64,000 nt of DNA, taken from Candidatus Parcubacteria bacterium (GTDB lineage Bacteria > Patescibacteriota > Patescibacteriia > Patescibacteriales > UBA12075). Each line of letters opens with the position of its first letter. Position 1 is the stretch's first letter. Made by a program: the position numbers and the translations under genes. Positions 26,775 through 35,753 of the stretch are shown one piece after another. Location of the stretch: NCBI GenBank assembly GCA_963814275.1, contig CAWFCE010000002.1:811263-875262 (forward strand). The letters run 5' to 3'. The notes under the pieces were generated by a model that saw nothing but the letters and a program-made list of their open reading frames with translations, searched no databases and was not told the origin of the DNA.

Positions 26775-27989
26775 ATGAAAGACAAGATACCGAAAAATAA
26801 ATATTTTTGCATCCTACCTTTTATTCACCTTTCGATTTTCAATGATCACATCAAGCCATGTTGCCGTTTTGGCGTTAATGAGGATTTCGTAAAAAATATA
26901 AACAAAAATATCGATCAATTCAATAATTTTACGGAAATTTTATGTCATAAAGAATATGACCATCTTAGGAGCAGTATAATCAGCGGTGAAAAAATTGACG
27001 GATGCTACAAATGTTACATGGAAGATGAGTCGGGATGCGAAAGTCTTCGCGCCGGTTCCAACAACCTTTATCGGCATTATCTGTCCAAAGACCTGAAACC
27101 GAAACTGAAATTTCTGGAAATTGGTTTCAGTAATTTATGCAATAACCGTTGCCGAACTTGCTCCTCCGATCTGAGTACAGCCTGGCGTGAGGACGATATA
27201 AAACTTGAAAAATTCCTTAAATTCAGATATGCGAAATACTATGATATTAAAACATCCGTTAAAGCGTTAACTAACAGAGACTACAGCGAGCTGGACGGAT
27301 TGGAATATCTGAAAATCGTCGGCGGTGAACCGATGCTGGATGCCAATTTCAAAAAATTTTTAAGAAGGTTGATCGATTCGAGGATTAATCGGCATTGCCA
27401 TCTCGATATTTTTACGAACGTATCTTATTTTCCGGATGATAATACGATCGAACTGGTTAACTCTTTCCGAACCGGTCGAGTGCATTTATCGATCGACAGT
27501 TACGGAAAAATAAACGAGTATATCCGTTTCCCCAGCCGGTGGCGATCAGTCGAAAAATCCGCGATAAAATGGCTTGCGCTGGAAAGCGATAATGTGGCCC
27601 TGGATGTGCAATTGGAAGTTACAATATCGATTTACAGTGTCCTTTATCTGGAAAATCTGATTGACTGGTGGCTGCGGATACGCGCCGAAACCGGGAACAA
27701 AAGAAACGCGGTTCATTTCATTTTCTTATTTAACCCTGATTTACTATCGATCATCAATGTATCGGATATTATAAAAGAAAGTTTTATCGAAAAAATCGTC
27801 TTATTGCGGGATAAATACAAGGATGATAAAAATATAATATTCAATATTGAGAATTTGCATTCTTTTATATCAGGTGTCGGCAAAGATAAGGTAAAAGATT
27901 TTTTAGCATACACTTATTTTCTTGATAAGATCAGAAACGAATCGTTCGAGGATGTTTTTCCCGAGTTATCTAAGCTATTAATAAGATAG
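26775..27989 (+). CDS. Radical SAM protein with an N-terminal 4-Cys module, paralogue 3 of 7
   Basis: FCILPFIHLSIFNDHIKPCC...DGCYKCY, then the triad FSNLCNNRCRTCSSDLSTAW, then KIVGGEPML and YIRFPSRW. Confidence 0.85.
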   Translation: MKDKIPKNKYFCILPFIHLSIFNDHIKPCCRFGVNEDFVKNINKNIDQFNNFTEILCHKEYDHLRSSIISGEKIDGCYKCYMEDESGCESLRAGSNNLYRHYLSKDLKPKLKFLEIGFSNLCNNRCRTCSSDLSTAWREDDIKLEKFLKFRYAKYYDIKTSVKALTNRDYSELDGLEYLKIVGGEPMLDANFKKFLRRLIDSRINRHCHLDIFTNVSYFPDDNTIELVNSFRTGRVHLSIDSYGKINEYIRFPSRWRSVEKSAIKWLALESDNVALDVQLEVTISIYSVLYLENLIDWWLRIRAETGNKRNAVHFIFLFNPDLLSIINVSDIIKESFIEKIVLLRDKYKDDKNIIFNIENLHSFISGVGKDKVKDFLAYTYFLDKIRNESFEDVFPELSKLLIR

Positions 27990-28018
27990 CAGTTTAATCT
28001 GCGTAAATCACTTATCCG

Positions 28019-29374
28019 ATGAATAATACATTCTGCCCCATTCCATGGTTAATGCTCGCCACCCGCACGAACGGCGACGTGCGGGTGTGTTGTCAAGCTA
28101 ATCAAGGTAAAACCCATGGTTTATTGACTGATAATCATGGCCGGCCTTACAATTTGAAAAGAAATACGATACTGGACAGCCGAAATGCCCCGCTCGCTTG
28201 CGAGATGAGGAAGAAAATGATCGAAGGGGAACGTCATCCCGAATGTTTACGCTGCTGGCGGGAAGAGGATAGCGGTATGTTATCCCGTCGGGAGCAGGAA
28301 ATTGAATTATGGCAGGAAGTGTTCGGCTTAAATGAAGCCAGGAAAATCACCGGCAAAAGAGGGGAAATTCCCGCGGATTTCGAGCCGATTTACTACGATT
28401 TAAGATTGGGCAACCTTTGCAACTTAAAATGCCGGATGTGTTTTCCGACCGATAGTTCCGGCTGGTATTCGGAATATAATGATATCTATGAAGATGATTA
28501 TTTTTACGATACCCACGGCAAAGTGCAGCTGGTTAAAAGGAGCAACGGCTGGCAAGCCAAAAATAACGATTATGATTGGTGTCTCAGGGAAAATTTTTGG
28601 CAGGATCTGGAATCGAAAATCGGAAATATCAGACATATATACATCGTCGGGGGCGAGCCGCTGCTGATCAGGAGGCATTATGAATTTTTGGAAAAATGCA
28701 TCGCCCTCGGTTACGCGAAAAATATCAAATTGGAATACAATACTAATATAACGACTATATCGGATGAAATACTCAAGTTATGGGCCAGTTTCAAAGAAGT
28801 GCGCATCGGAGCGAGCGTTGACGGATACGGCAAGATAGATGAATATATCCGTTACCCGAGTAAATGGGAGACGATAGAGAGGAATTTACAAAAAATAGAC
28901 AAGATGGAGGGCAACGTTCTGGCTTGGATCGCCTGCACGGTAATGATTTACAACGTATATTATATCCCGGATTTCATCAAATGGAAGCTGGAATCGAACT
29001 TCAAACGCATTAATCCGATTACCCGGCCTAAGCCGTTTCTGACCCTTCATCCATTGCATACCCCCCCGTATTTCAATATCAAAGCTTTACCGTTGAATGC
29101 AAAAAAAGCGGTCGCCAATAAGTATCGGGATTTTTATGACTGGTATGATGAGTATATCAGCCACCAGACGGTGGAAAACAAGGAATTGCTGAGGAAAAAA
29201 TTACGCCACACCCTGGACGGATATATTAATTATATGAATAAGGCGGATTGGACCCGCGAACTAAACAGATTCTGGGAGGTTACCCGCCGCCTTGACGAAT
29301 CGAGAAATCAAAATATCGAAGAATTTTTGCCGGAATTGTACCGGCTGATCGGAAAAAGTGAAAAAAATGGATAA
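28019..29374 (+). CDS. Radical SAM protein with an N-terminal 4-Cys module, paralogue 4 of 7 (closest to paralogue 1)
   Basis: FCPIPWLMLATRTNGDVRVCC...PECLRCW, then the triad LGNLCNLKCRMCFPTDSSGW, then YIVGGEPLL, YIRYPSKWETIE and IPDFIKWKL. Confidence 0.85.
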   Translation: MNNTFCPIPWLMLATRTNGDVRVCCQANQGKTHGLLTDNHGRPYNLKRNTILDSRNAPLACEMRKKMIEGERHPECLRCWREEDSGMLSRREQEIELWQEVFGLNEARKITGKRGEIPADFEPIYYDLRLGNLCNLKCRMCFPTDSSGWYSEYNDIYEDDYFYDTHGKVQLVKRSNGWQAKNNDYDWCLRENFWQDLESKIGNIRHIYIVGGEPLLIRRHYEFLEKCIALGYAKNIKLEYNTNITTISDEILKLWASFKEVRIGASVDGYGKIDEYIRYPSKWETIERNLQKIDKMEGNVLAWIACTVMIYNVYYIPDFIKWKLESNFKRINPITRPKPFLTLHPLHTPPYFNIKALPLNAKKAVANKYRDFYDWYDEYISHQTVENKELLRKKLRHTLDGYINYMNKADWTRELNRFWEVTRRLDESRNQNIEEFLPELYRLIGKSEKNG

Positions 29375-30542
29375 AAAACCCCACAATTTATTGAGATCTG
29401 ACATATTTTGCATCTTACCCTGGGTCTCATTGCATGTCGGCACTACGGGAAATTTGTGCTTATGCTGCCGATCGAATTATAAAGAATATTTTCTGGCTGA
29501 CATCAATGATTTAGAGACTTTAGGGGTATATGATTTCGTGAAACTCAGATCATTACGTCGCAAGATAATCGATGGCAAAAAAATTCCCCAATGCCAAAAA
29601 TGTTATAAAACCGAAAAGAACAATGGCGAAAGTCTGCGACTGTCTTTTTTGAAAAGGGAAAATTTGAATTATTTCCGGCAGGCTCTTGGCTATAAAAACA
29701 TTGAAGAAATGCTCAATGATATTTACGATAAAAATGGCGCCTGGGATAAACCGCCGGTATACCTGGACCTGAAGCCCAGTAATAAGTGTAATTTACGCTG
29801 CCGGATGTGCGGTCCATCGAGTAGTGACCAGGCGTCGAGAAACAATAGTAAACCGACAAAATTAAATTGGATGGATGAAAATGGCAATTTTGAAAAAATA
29901 GAAAAAATATTACCGCAAGTGGTACAACTTAAAATTGGGGGAGGCGAACCGACGATCGCGGAAAACGCCATAAAATTACTGGATGAATGTATCGGAAAAA
30001 ACTATGCGCTAAATATAAAATTATCGATTACCACCAATGGCTTGATGATCGATAAACTTTTGCCGTATGCGAAATTCTTCAAGAGTTTTAACGTTACTTT
30101 CAGTATTGAGGCGATCGGACATGTCTATGAATATATCCGCATACCGGCCAAATGGGAGTCAGTTGAAGCAAATTTTTTGAAGATGTTGAACGCTAAGAAT
30201 ATCGGGATTTCGGTAAATACCATAATTATGTTGGATAACATATTTTATTTATACCATGATTTTTTACCTTGGATAGATAAGATGTCGAAGATTAGAAAAT
30301 TTACCGTAAACCCCTTTATTATAAGTAAACCAGGATACCATAGCCCCTATGTACTGCCACTCGGCACGAGAAAATTTATCGTTAAGAAGATAAAGCGGCG
30401 ATTGAACGAATTGGCGCATATTGATGCACCGACGAAAGATAATTTTTTATGCCTTTGCCGGACTTTGGAGGAACCCGGATTTGACGAGGAAAAAATGGCC
30501 TGGGGATTCAAAGAGTTTATAAGGGATCATAGGAATCTATAA
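29358..30542 (+). CDS. Radical SAM protein with an N-terminal 4-Cys module, paralogue 5 of 7
   Basis: FCILPWVSLHVGTTGNLCLCC...PQCQKCY, then the triad PSNKCNLRCRMCGPSSS, then KIGGGEPTI and YIRIPAKWE. An alternative start lies at 29367. Confidence 0.85.
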   Translation: MKKMDKKPHNLLRSDIFCILPWVSLHVGTTGNLCLCCRSNYKEYFLADINDLETLGVYDFVKLRSLRRKIIDGKKIPQCQKCYKTEKNNGESLRLSFLKRENLNYFRQALGYKNIEEMLNDIYDKNGAWDKPPVYLDLKPSNKCNLRCRMCGPSSSDQASRNNSKPTKLNWMDENGNFEKIEKILPQVVQLKIGGGEPTIAENAIKLLDECIGKNYALNIKLSITTNGLMIDKLLPYAKFFKSFNVTFSIEAIGHVYEYIRIPAKWESVEANFLKMLNAKNIGISVNTIIMLDNIFYLYHDFLPWIDKMSKIRKFTVNPFIISKPGYHSPYVLPLGTRKFIVKKIKRRLNELAHIDAPTKDNFLCLCRTLEEPGFDEEKMAWGFKEFIRDHRNL

Positions 30543-30615
30543 ATACCATGCCCAATGATTATTCCATCGCATAATTGTTAGAAAAAGCGATTCCATTAAT
30601 TGCTGCCGCGTATTC

Positions 30616-30741
30616 ATGCGCATAATTCGTAAATTCAGAAAAGAATTCAAAAAAGGCGTTAATACGGCTTGTAACGAAATGTGTCCGGGAAAGATTAAGA
30701 AAATTATGTATGCCGAAGAACTTAATCTAAAAAAATTTTAA
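30616..30741 (+). CDS. Possible 41-aa small ORF in the only large gap of the rSAM array
   Basis: ATG at 30616 to TAA at 30739-30741 gives MRIIRKFRKEFKKGVNTACNEMCPGKIKKIMYAEELNLKKF (2 Cys). There is no clear SD, it is below the ORF-track cutoff, and it could be a chance ORF. Confidence 0.2.
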   Translation: MRIIRKFRKEFKKGVNTACNEMCPGKIKKIMYAEELNLKKF

Positions 30742-30750
30742 ACCAAAATA

Positions 30751-31905
30751 ATGGGAGAAGATAAGAACGTAAAAAATTACGGAGATATACCCTTCACCAA
30801 AATTGTCCGCGTCGGCCAAAGATCGCTGCTGTATAATGATTTGTTTTGCGTCAGTTGGTTATTGGGGCGATTTTGCAATTATCGGTGCAGTTATTGCTGG
30901 CGCCATGGCCGCTCCAGTAAGAGAGACCATCGTCCGACCCGACTGATAATCTCGACTTTAGATGAGATCAAACGCCAAGCACGGGGGCGGGGTTTCAATT
31001 CATTCCATTTTTCTTTTTCCGGGGGCGAACCGACGCTTCACCCCGGATATTTGGAAATTGTCGGACACTTCTGCCGTGATGCAGACAATACCAATTATCA
31101 GAGTCTGCACATGACCACAAATTTAAGCGCCAAAATCGATTTACTCCGTCGCTATGTCGATATTTCCCGGAATATCCATCGTGTTTCGGTTACTGCCAGC
31201 TGGCATCCGGAATTTGCCAACCGCGAACCGTTTCTCGAAAAATTGCTTTTTTTGATGGATAATGACATCGAGATCACGGTGAATGCGGTAATGATACCGG
31301 AACGGTTCGAATCGCTTTGGTCTGACGCTTTGTTTTTTCATAAGCATGGCGTGAATGTAACGCTTAAACCGCAAAGCGATCCTACCGCCAGTTATGTCGT
31401 TGATGGCTACAACGATGATATGCTTGTACGGATGCGCCAGGGTTTGCCGCAAAAGGAATTCACTAAAGCGAAACTCAAAATAAACGGACAGAAATCGAAA
31501 CGTCCGAAGCGCAAATACCCTTATCACGACGATCTAGATGCCGAAAAAGACAGCTGGGAAATCCCTTCCGTTATGCAAATAGAGTTTACCGACGATGAAG
31601 GGAAAAAATGGTATATGGACCAGGCAGAAAGGTTTAATGCTTTCGGATTCAACCAGTTCAAAGGATGGGAATGTTCATCCGGTTACCGCAGCATCATTAT
31701 CCGCGAACCGGATGGTTCGATCAAGCGCAGTTATAGCTGCCACGATGAACCGCTCGGATACATCGATCGGGGCTTCGAATTATTTTCCCGTCCCGAACCT
31801 TGCCAGACATCAACTTGTGTCAGCTCGGCGGATTCGAAAATACCGAAACGCATGCCGGGGACGAAATTGCCGTTGTTTCCCCGTGATCAGACCTATACCA
31901 AATAA
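30751..31905 (+). CDS. Radical SAM protein of a distinct family, interrupting the 7-paralogue array
   Basis: The triad is LGRFCNYRCSYCWRHG and the strand is FSFSGGEPTLHPGY. The C-terminus has SCHDEP...PCQTSTCVS. The FCxxPW N-terminal module is absent. Confidence 0.8.
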   Translation: MGEDKNVKNYGDIPFTKIVRVGQRSLLYNDLFCVSWLLGRFCNYRCSYCWRHGRSSKRDHRPTRLIISTLDEIKRQARGRGFNSFHFSFSGGEPTLHPGYLEIVGHFCRDADNTNYQSLHMTTNLSAKIDLLRRYVDISRNIHRVSVTASWHPEFANREPFLEKLLFLMDNDIEITVNAVMIPERFESLWSDALFFHKHGVNVTLKPQSDPTASYVVDGYNDDMLVRMRQGLPQKEFTKAKLKINGQKSKRPKRKYPYHDDLDAEKDSWEIPSVMQIEFTDDEGKKWYMDQAERFNAFGFNQFKGWECSSGYRSIIIREPDGSIKRSYSCHDEPLGYIDRGFELFSRPEPCQTSTCVSSADSKIPKRMPGTKLPLFPRDQTYTK

Positions 31906-31918
31906 ATAAAGCGTATCA

Positions 31919-33229
31919 ATGATAAAGAAATTTACGAAAAAATCGAAAACATTCTGCATAATGCCGTTTATTCATCTTAATCATAAGCAGAATAACAAAA
32001 TCGGCACCTGTTGGCGGGCATTACCGGTCGGTGATTTGGAAAAGGAATCGCTGGAAAGGATTTGGAATAATGAAAATATCAAAAGAGTGCGTCACCAGCT
32101 TTTGAATAACGAGCGGCCGGCTGAATGCCAGGCTTGCTGGCTGCTTGAAGATAACGGATCTTCGAGCTATCGCGATCAGACAACCTTAACGGGCCAGGAC
32201 AAAGAGGAGAAAATGGCTGCGGACCTGATGCCGGAATTGGATATGGGGAACATGTCCCTTCCTTACAGAGTGCCATATGCGGAAATTCGTTTTTCCAATT
32301 TATGCAATTTGCGCTGCCGGATGTGCAGCCCGCGGTTTAGCGTGCAATGGGACAAGGAGTGGAAAAATAATCATAAATTGCGAACCTTTATCGAGAAAAA
32401 TGATCCGAGATCTTTGAACGGGTATATTTCCGTTTCCCGGGTAGACGCTAATGACAATACAATAAGGGCGAAGTTGTTGGATTTTCTGGAGAAATCCGCC
32501 CCGCATCTCCGCTATGTCATGTTTGGCGGTGGCGAACCGTTGCTGCAGCGCGATCATTACCGCGCCCTCGAGATACTGAAGCCTTATGCCAAAAATATTA
32601 CATTGGAATACACATCAAACCTTACGCGACTCGATCGGCATAAAAACCAGATATTCAAATATTGGCCGTTGTTCAAACATATCGATTTGAAAGTATCTCT
32701 GGATGCTGACCGAATAATTTATACCTATATCAGGCAGAATAGCCGGGTGGCCTGGCCGGAAAAGAATATTAAAACCATACAAGAAATTATCGATCCCGAA
32801 AAAATCAGGATATGCGCCACTTGTACGACCAGCGTTTATAATATCGAGAGGCTGCCTGAGGCGATGAATTGGTTCACGGAACTCGGCTGCTGGGCGCATG
32901 CGAGCATAGTATCTTATCCGAAATTCTTATCGGTGCATATTTTGCCGAAAGAGTTGAAAGCCAAGATAAATAAAAAAATAGATCTTTTCTTGTCTAACCT
33001 AGATTCCGACCTGAACTGGCTGGTCCATCCGCTATGGAAGGATAAGGGTAATCGGGAAAAGCAAAAAGAGTTGATCAAGCAGTATGTTATGAGTTGCCGA
33101 AATTATATGAACGGCAGCCACGACCAGAAAAGATGGAAAGTATTCCTAAACTTTGACGATATCCTCAGCGAAAAACAGAATTCTATCCTAGATATTTATC
33201 CGCGCTGGGAAAAATTTCTGTCTAAATAA
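31919..33229 (+). CDS. Radical SAM protein with an N-terminal 4-Cys module, paralogue 6 of 7
   Basis: FCIMPFIHLNHKQNNKIGTCW...AECQACW, then the triad FSNLCNLRCRMCSPRFSVQW, then MFGGGEPLL. Confidence 0.85.
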   Translation: MIKKFTKKSKTFCIMPFIHLNHKQNNKIGTCWRALPVGDLEKESLERIWNNENIKRVRHQLLNNERPAECQACWLLEDNGSSSYRDQTTLTGQDKEEKMAADLMPELDMGNMSLPYRVPYAEIRFSNLCNLRCRMCSPRFSVQWDKEWKNNHKLRTFIEKNDPRSLNGYISVSRVDANDNTIRAKLLDFLEKSAPHLRYVMFGGGEPLLQRDHYRALEILKPYAKNITLEYTSNLTRLDRHKNQIFKYWPLFKHIDLKVSLDADRIIYTYIRQNSRVAWPEKNIKTIQEIIDPEKIRICATCTTSVYNIERLPEAMNWFTELGCWAHASIVSYPKFLSVHILPKELKAKINKKIDLFLSNLDSDLNWLVHPLWKDKGNREKQKELIKQYVMSCRNYMNGSHDQKRWKVFLNFDDILSEKQNSILDIYPRWEKFLSK

Positions 33230-33252
33230 ATGAAAATACCTTTATTGAATAT

Positions 33253-34473
33253 ATGAAAAATTTTTGCGTTCAGCCTTTTATCGGATTGGCTATATTGCCA
33301 ACCGGTTCAATTGTACCTTGCGGTGACTCGATAGCGAAATATCAGCTGGGTAATATATATTTCGGTGATACTGTCACATCTGTTTGGCGGGGCAAGGAAT
33401 TGGATGATCTAAGGGAAAAAATCAAGTCCGGTTCGAATATATCGCTATGCCAAAGATGTTATGATGTCGAGAGGAGCGGTCTTGATAGTAAGCGAGTAAT
33501 TAAAAATCGCAAATGGCAAAAAAAATTGAGAATAAAGGGCCAAGATACATATAGAGAATGTTTATATGCAAATAACCGAATTAAATTTTTAGACATATCA
33601 TTCGGCAATAAGTGTAACCAGAAATGCGTGATGTGCTCCCCGGTATATTCATCACAATGGGTTAAACACAAAGACCTTTTTGATTTAGTCGGTATACGAT
33701 ATAACTCCAATGAGACAAATGAGCGGTCGATACCGTACGGAATTGTTGATGATATTTTGGAAAATTGTCGTAACCTTATAAAATTGAACATTAAGGGCGG
33801 CGAACCGCTTGTTGACAGAAAATGCATATATTTTTTAGACAGGCTATCACATATAAATCCCAATATTGATAATGTCAGTATTGTCACAAATGGTACCATA
33901 TTATCGCGGGAAATACTTAATATACTTAATAAATTCAAGAATATCTCCGTCGCCTTCAGCATAGACGGTACAAGTAAGATTAATGAATGGATCCGGGGAT
34001 CAAGTTCGATAATTATTTTGAATAACCTTAGGAAGCTCGCTATGCTGGATAGTTTAGTCGAAATTAGGATACACCACACTATTAGCGCGTATAATTTTTG
34101 GGATACGATTCCCTTTATCGAATTAACTCAAAAAATAAAAAAAGATATATTTGGCAAAAAGGGAAAAGCAATGAGTGTAAATTTGAAGCAGTATGTCGAA
34201 CAGCCCTATATTTCGGTAAAAAACATTCCCATTGATTTTAGAAAAAAAGCTATCGCGGAAATTGAAAAAAAATTACAAATCACAGATAAATCATTCTATG
34301 GCAAGGAGGAATTGCTTCGTTATGTATGTTTGCCCGAAAGCGCCGGAAAGGATCAAAGTGATTTTTTAAAATGGACAAACACATTTAATAAAATTAGAAA
34401 TCTTGATATTTATAAAATAGTACCAGAGCTAAATGAGGTTAAAAAATATATCGAATTAAATAAATATAGATGA
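33253..34473 (+). CDS. Radical SAM protein with an N-terminal 4-Cys module, paralogue 7 of 7
   Basis: FCVQPFIGLAILPTGSIVPC...SLCQRCY, then the triad FGNKCNQKCVMCSPVYSSQW, then NIKGGEPLV. Confidence 0.85.
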   Translation: MKNFCVQPFIGLAILPTGSIVPCGDSIAKYQLGNIYFGDTVTSVWRGKELDDLREKIKSGSNISLCQRCYDVERSGLDSKRVIKNRKWQKKLRIKGQDTYRECLYANNRIKFLDISFGNKCNQKCVMCSPVYSSQWVKHKDLFDLVGIRYNSNETNERSIPYGIVDDILENCRNLIKLNIKGGEPLVDRKCIYFLDRLSHINPNIDNVSIVTNGTILSREILNILNKFKNISVAFSIDGTSKINEWIRGSSSIIILNNLRKLAMLDSLVEIRIHHTISAYNFWDTIPFIELTQKIKKDIFGKKGKAMSVNLKQYVEQPYISVKNIPIDFRKKAIAEIEKKLQITDKSFYGKEELLRYVCLPESAGKDQSDFLKWTNTFNKIRNLDIYKIVPELNEVKKYIELNKYR

Positions 34474-35753
34474 AAACAACCGTCAAAAAAGGAAAATCGG
34501 TTAAGGTGTTATTTTATACCGCGAACGGTGTCGGCCTGGGGCATCTTCGCCGTACCAGCCTGATTGCAAAGGCAATTCAGGAAATCGAACCAAGGGCGCA
34601 GATCCGGTTTGTTACGATGAGTCAAAATCCCGGATTTCTCAGTGAACTCAAAATACCTTTTAATTTAATCCAACCAATTACGGATGAGATGTTAGATATT
34701 AATAATTATGATGCTTTTGTCCGAGCCAAAAAAAATAACGAATTGGCCCTCAGCCGTGTTTTACGCGATTTCCAACCGCAGGTAATAGTAGTCGATATCC
34801 ATTGTTTTTCCAATTACTCATTTCCCCAGGCTGCTTTTACCGGAAAAAATAAGGCAATCAGAAAAATACTGGTTTTCCGCCAAGGGGACAGGCAGAGCTT
34901 CGAAAATATTGTGAAGAACGAAGGAGGGGCGCTTACGGACAAAAGGAATGTTTTGTTGCCCGATATTCCTGATCGGTTTTTAACTCGGGAAGAATTCCAG
35001 GGCCTGGCCAAGCTAAAACTTTTTAAAATGATTTTATTGCCCCACAACCGGCTTGAAATTGTCGGAAAAATTTCCGCGCAAGTTATGAATATAATCGATT
35101 CTGATAAACGTTTTAAAGTAATCGGGCCAATCGTCGGAAAGCTGAACCGTGGAGTATTGGGATCATGCCGAAATAAATACCGGATCATGCCAGAAGAATT
35201 TTTAATGACGGTTATTCTGGGGGGAGGCGGAGAGCTCCTTAAGGGAAAATGCGAATCACCGATAGGCCTGGTTACTGCACTGTTAGACGAGTTGCCAGCG
35301 TTGAAAAAGGTTATCCCGAAATTACGGATGGTCTTGGTTACCGGGCCATTATTCAAATATAAGAATGCGGTCGTAAAGATGGCGATGAAATACGGTTGCT
35401 TTATCCAGGTCGTTGGTTATGAAGAAAATTTATTAGAGTTAATGCATTTATCACAGCTTGTTATTTCTCCGGTCGGGTATAATGCGGGCAATGAAATATT
35501 AAAATCCGGTACGCCGGTTTTGTTAGCGCCACTAGTGCGCGGCGACCAAAATGAACAGGAAGAACGGGCAAAACACCTCGAATCCCTCGGGATCGGATTG
35601 GTGCTATCCCGCCCGTGGAAAAAGAATATATCAGGATCGATAAGAAAGTGTTTGAAGTATTACGATGTGATGAAAAATAATTTTAGCAAACTGCCGCGTT
35701 ATAAGGCTGGCAACAGAAAAGCAGCAGCTCTAATCGTTAATGCAATTAAATAA
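34470..35753 (+). CDS. GT-B glycosyltransferase (MurG/GT28-like C-terminal domain)
   Basis: The N-terminus is VLFYTANGVGLGHLRRTSLIAKAI (G-x-G-H-x-x-R). The C-terminus is ISPVGYNAGNEILKSGTPVLLAPLVRGDQNEQEERAKHLESLGIG, which resembles the MurG-type donor-binding half. Confidence 0.6.
   Translation: MKTTVKKGKSVKVLFYTANGVGLGHLRRTSLIAKAIQEIEPRAQIRFVTMSQNPGFLSELKIPFNLIQPITDEMLDINNYDAFVRAKKNNELALSRVLRDFQPQVIVVDIHCFSNYSFPQAAFTGKNKAIRKILVFRQGDRQSFENIVKNEGGALTDKRNVLLPDIPDRFLTREEFQGLAKLKLFKMILLPHNRLEIVGKISAQVMNIIDSDKRFKVIGPIVGKLNRGVLGSCRNKYRIMPEEFLMTVILGGGGELLKGKCESPIGLVTALLDELPALKKVIPKLRMVLVTGPLFKYKNAVVKMAMKYGCFIQVVGYEENLLELMHLSQLVISPVGYNAGNEILKSGTPVLLAPLVRGDQNEQEERAKHLESLGIGLVLSRPWKKNISGSIRKCLKYYDVMKNNFSKLPRYKAGNRKAAALIVNAIK

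Noticed and set aside
33459-34079. 206-aa minus-strand ORF, and similar ORFs at 34814-35356, 16260-16742, 14303-14752 and 10264-10725
   Set aside because: All are antisense to plus-strand genes with clear rSAM or GT motifs. Their translations are Ser/Leu/Ile/Phe-rich with no motifs. They would also break the tightly coupled plus-strand gene train.
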